A stretch of 52,310 nt of DNA, counting the filler, from Ionaspis alba (lineage: Eukaryota), in assembly GCA_964255285.1 (NCBI GenBank). It is 3 parts of 3 records of this genome, joined end to end, with 100 filler letters (N's around TTAATTAATTAA, not from the genome) between each part and the next. Parts side by side here need not be neighbours in the genome. Positions count along the whole stretch, not along the records: positions 34,969 to 52,310 come from CAXUUL010000321.1; 2 more parts are not named here. One strand, 5' to 3'. The notes under the pieces were generated by a model that was not told the DNA's origin, did not search any database, and saw only the letters and a program-made list of their open reading frames with translations. Below, one piece after another: positions 48,604 through 52,310 of the stretch. Within the stretch, counting starts at the first letter, position 1. Each line of letters starts with the position of its first letter. Made by a program: the position numbers and the translations under genes.

Positions 48604-49188
48604 TCAGCACGAAAATGGTGATTCGATACACAGGGGCAACGAAAACGAAAATTTACCTTTCCAGTCCTCCAAGGTCATTTCAACCTTGCTGCCCACCTTC
48701 TTGGCAAACACCCCAAATCCACAGCTCCACTTCTTCTTCTTCTTCTCCCCCGCTGTTCTCACCTCACAAAGCAGAGCACGCTCGTCCTCGGCCCACCGCT
48801 CACCCATTACCGACGAACGCTCTCTAGGCCTCCCCTCCGTATGCGCCCACCAAATCCGGTTCTTCAGTGCTCCAGATCTCCTTGTCGGTTCTTCCGCTGT
48901 TTTTGCAGCGGCCACTTGTTCTTTCTCTCGTTCCATCACTCGGGCTTCGATGGCAGCAATGATCTTGTCCAGGCAGGCCTCCGAGTCAGCCTCCTGGCGC
49001 GCAAGTTCATTGGCCATGTTGCCAGCTATCCATCGTGCATAGGCCTCCCCGTCATGAGCCTGCCTCTCTTCGGAGTTGAGTGAGTGGTAAGAGACGGACG
49101 TGCTCGGTGTGGTAGGGGGGCTTGGTGGTGGAGAGAAGGGGACACGCGGGGTTTGGTGTGAGCGTATTGCAGAATTATAGGAGTCCAT
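48604..49188 (-). CDS. Hypothetical (orphan-like) protein, 194 aa
   Basis: ATG-initiated ORF with a Pro/Ser-rich N-terminus and a charged helical middle; no recognisable family. Confidence 0.5.
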   Translation of the reverse strand: MDSYNSAIRSHQTPRVPFSPPPSPPTTPSTSVSYHSLNSEERQAHDGEAYARWIAGNMANELARQEADSEACLDKIIAAIEARVMEREKEQVAAAKTAEEPTRRSGALKNRIWWAHTEGRPRERSSVMGERWAEDERALLCEVRTAGEKKKKKWSCGFGVFAKKVGSKVEMTLEDWKGKFSFSLPLCIESPFSC

Positions 49189-50741
49189 CTTGCTTCACGT
49201 TAGGGGTAAGTAGATGGAAGATGGTGAAAGCGTGGGCTAAGATAGATGGTAGATGTACGTGATGGTGGAGTATGATAGGTAGAAATGAATCAATGGATGC
49301 TCATATGTTTCAAATGAAGCGTATATGTGGTTCAGTGATAGTAGGGTTTTGTGAAGAGCAAGATTGTCTGCTGAGGACCATCCCGCGCTTTTATGTCTCT
49401 GGAACTGAGCAGTCAGAATTGAAATCATGCTAAGCTTCAATATAGGCTCTGGAAAACCTGGGTCACCTATCTCCGTCAGTTCTAGCAGAAATTCTTTTCA
49501 CTCATGTGGATCACGGTCAGAATCAAAACTGGGAGGGACTTTGTGGACTTGAAGGACCAAAGGGCCAAGCATAGTATCTTGATATCTGAAGTGATGAGCA
49601 TCATAGCACTTCTCACAAGGGCTAGCTCAAATGAAAACATTTCCTTTCTATTTTTGCGCTGGGCGACGGACTAATCGACAACTAGCAGACTTCCAGCAAG
49701 AAGAGTATCATATCTAGAGCTCAATAGCGGACTTGTCAAGCGCGCTCTTGGGCATAAATACCGTTCTCCACAGGAAACCATAGAATTCAGAGCAAGCGCA
49801 ATCTTTGAAGACTTCTCAGGAACGAAGTAAAGAGATGGCGTGTCGTATTGGACAAATCTCAGCGGTTCCGAAAGAAGAGACGATAGTTGAAGTATAGACA
49901 TTGCAACACAAAACATAGAAAATCCAGCTAGATGTGAAGGTCTAGGGCACAACGCAAATCACAACAACGCAGCATGGGACTAATGCCAGGAGCTGATTAG
50001 TGAGTCAATTATCGCCCTCACGTTCCGCAAAACAGTGTTCTGCTGTTCGAAAAGGACGCAGAGTAGATTTGCAGGTAAAATAGATGGCGTGCAGCTGCCC
50101 CACCCTCAAGATTGTAGAAAAATCTGGTAATGTGTGCCTGGTACTCCTGGTTGTGGTAGGACTCCGTCACTCCCAAGTATCACGGATGATCAGACTACGA
50201 ACGACGCTCAGAAACAGTAGGAGCATCACACATCACAGTCCGAAAGTTGCATTGGGCGCAGTAATAGTAGCACTATAATGATCCTTAAACGTGGGACTAT
50301 CCATGTGTTGTACAGGGCTAATTAGTAGCATTGAGACGCCGTACGAGGAATTGATATCTGGGCGGCGCCTCTTTTTCGTTGTCAGTGTATTGGTTGATAT
50401 GCTGTCCAGACCTACTCCAGTTCAGTGTACCCGCAACTGTGTAATATTTCAGACAGCCCACTAGTAGGAGTGGATATACGCACCTCATATATATTCGACA
50501 CATGTTGGTTGCAAGGCTAAATCCTTGATACAACACCGCGGCACTCTCCGGCTGTCATCTTATGCTGTCCAATCAATCGAAGTAAACATAATCAGACCCT
50601 TAGGGTTGACCCCGCAGACGATCATGGATTGGTTCAAGACATGCTGCCCCAATCCTAGACTCGACCGCCAGGTCGAAGAGCTTCACCTTTCATCGGATCT
50701 GCTCAATCAACTCACCAAGTCCACTTGTAAGGATTTCCACT

Positions 50742-52295
50742 ATGGTCACAATTACTGGATATGAATCGAGGGATGTTAGGTTTCCGGTATGCATAATACC
50801 AAGTACAGTCTTCCAGGACATAAACGCTCATATTGGTAGACGTCTCTCGATAAGACCGGCTCTGATGCCATGAATAAGGCTTGCGACTATTCTTCCGCCT
50901 ACTGCATCCTCGAAACCGACTCCAAATACACTGGCCACGGCATGGTAAATTCTCTCTACCATGAGTCGGCCCTGTCGCGTTGACAGATGGCTCAGACCTT
51001 CACAATAGGACGTGGCAACGATATCGTCTGTGCCGCCATTCTCCACGTTGCGGAAAGACTAAAATGCAAGACTCTTGACTCCCTCGTCGAGAATTGGGGC
51101 AAGACATGGAAATACCTCGTGGCTGATAGTCAGCTGCGATGGGTCGGCCCAGAGAAGGGTGTCATACACCTTGCATTGGGAGCTGTCGTAAATGCACTAT
51201 GGGACCTCTGGGCCAAGACCTTGAACAAACCGGTATGGAGAATCGTGGCGGAAATGTCCCCTCAGGAATTTGTACGATGTATCGACTTCCGGTACATTAC
51301 CGACGCGATTACTCCTGAGGAAGCTGTTGAGCTGCTGAAAAATGAAGAGGACGGTAAGGCAACGAGAATACTGGATGCTGAGCAGTCTTTCGCTGTTCCG
51401 GCTTACACTACTACTGCTGGCTGGCTCGGCTATGGGGAAGATAAGATGAAGCGGCTGCTCAAGGAGACTCTCGATCAGGGCTACCGATATTTCAAGCTCA
51501 AAGTAGGAACGGACCTGGAGGCAGATAAGAGGAGATTGACCATTGCACGAGATGTGATTGGTTATGATAAAGGGAACGTCCTAATGGTTGACGCCAACCA
51601 AGTAAGAGATTTATCTCTATTGGAAGCGCTGTAGTCATGCTAATAAAAAGACAGGTATGGTCAGTTCCAGAAGCAATTGAGTATATGCAGCAGCTCGCCT
51701 CCTTCAAGCCCTGGTTCATCGAAGAGCCCACATCCCCGGACGATATTCTCGGCCACAAGGCGATCAGGGACGCTCTCAAGCCCTTGGGCATTGGCGTTGC
51801 GACAGGCGAGATGTGCCAGAATCGCGTCATCTTCAAGCAACTGATTGTATCTGGTGCCATTGACGTTTGCCAAATCGATGCTTGCAGAATGGGAGGCGTC
51901 AATGAGGTCCTGGCCGTACTTCTTATGGCAAAGAAGTGGGACTAAACATCCGACCGCACCAACAATCGTCTGCTGACTTGGCGTGCAGGTACGGTGTTCC
52001 CATCGTTCCACATTCCGGTGGTGTCGGTTTGCCAGAATATACCCAGCATCTCAGCACGATCGACTATGTTTGCGTGTCTGGGAAGCTATCTGTGCTTGAG
52101 TACGTCGATCATCTTCACGAGCATTTCTTTAATCCTGCCGTAATCAGAGATGGGTATTACCAAACTCCGATGGAGCCTGGATATAGTGTGGAGATGAAGC
52201 CGGATAGCATGGAGGAGTATAGCTTTCCTGGCAAGGCAGGCAGGTTCTGGCAGAGTGAGACTGGGAAGTCCATTCTTGAGGGTGAAAAGATATAG
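50742..52295 (+). CDS. lgd1: L-galactonate dehydratase (enolase/mandelate racemase superfamily; D-galacturonate catabolism), 5 exons
   Basis: MVTITGYESRDVRFP/TSLDKTGSDAMN, TFTIGRGNDIVC, SQLRWVGPEKGVIHLA, FKLKVG, MVDANQ, FIEEPTSPDD, ATGEMCQNR, VPHSGGVGL, ILEGEKI*. Closely resembles fungal Lgd1/GaaB as recalled. Confidence 0.92.
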
Positions 52296-52310
52296 ATATA
52301 GCTTCCACTT

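Noticed and set aside
50560..50660. GaaR galacturonate response element upstream of lgd1
   Set aside because: Only near matches (GCCCCAAT, TGTCCAAT) were seen; no exact CCNCCAA.

Overview
Eukaryotic DNA from a filamentous ascomycete (Pezizomycotina-type genes, short GT-AG introns with CTRAC/CTAAT branch points) in a draft assembly with eight 100-bp gaps. Two gaps (17398-17497, 34869-34968) carry an artificial TTAATTAATTAA all-frame-stop linker, so adjacency across them is unverified. About 20 protein-coding loci were read. Housekeeping and metabolic genes: glutaminase A, a DAL5-like MFS transporter, ETR1, MED17, a CSC1/OSCA channel, hexokinase, the 3' end of UTP18 (missed by the ORF track), mannitol-1-phosphate dehydrogenase, a SUR7/PalI protein, TIM21, GLO3, FOL1, a nitronate monooxygenase and L-galactonate dehydratase. 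Accessory or non-self-recognition-type genes: a frameshifted HET-6-like gene, and a block comprising a Cys/His-motif protein, a NACHT-TPR NLR with an SYDDDD minisatellite tail, a single-pass cell-surface sensor-like protein and a KCTD-like BTB protein. Best leads: the NLR/sensor/BTB block, a FOL1 with a long unrecognised N-terminal region and a CAG/TAG tandem acceptor whose proximal site creates a stop, and a possible osmolyte neighbourhood (OSCA-HXK-M1PDH-SUR7). No tRNA, rRNA, CRISPR array or intact transposon was recognised. All family calls are from motif recognition by eye; no searches were run.
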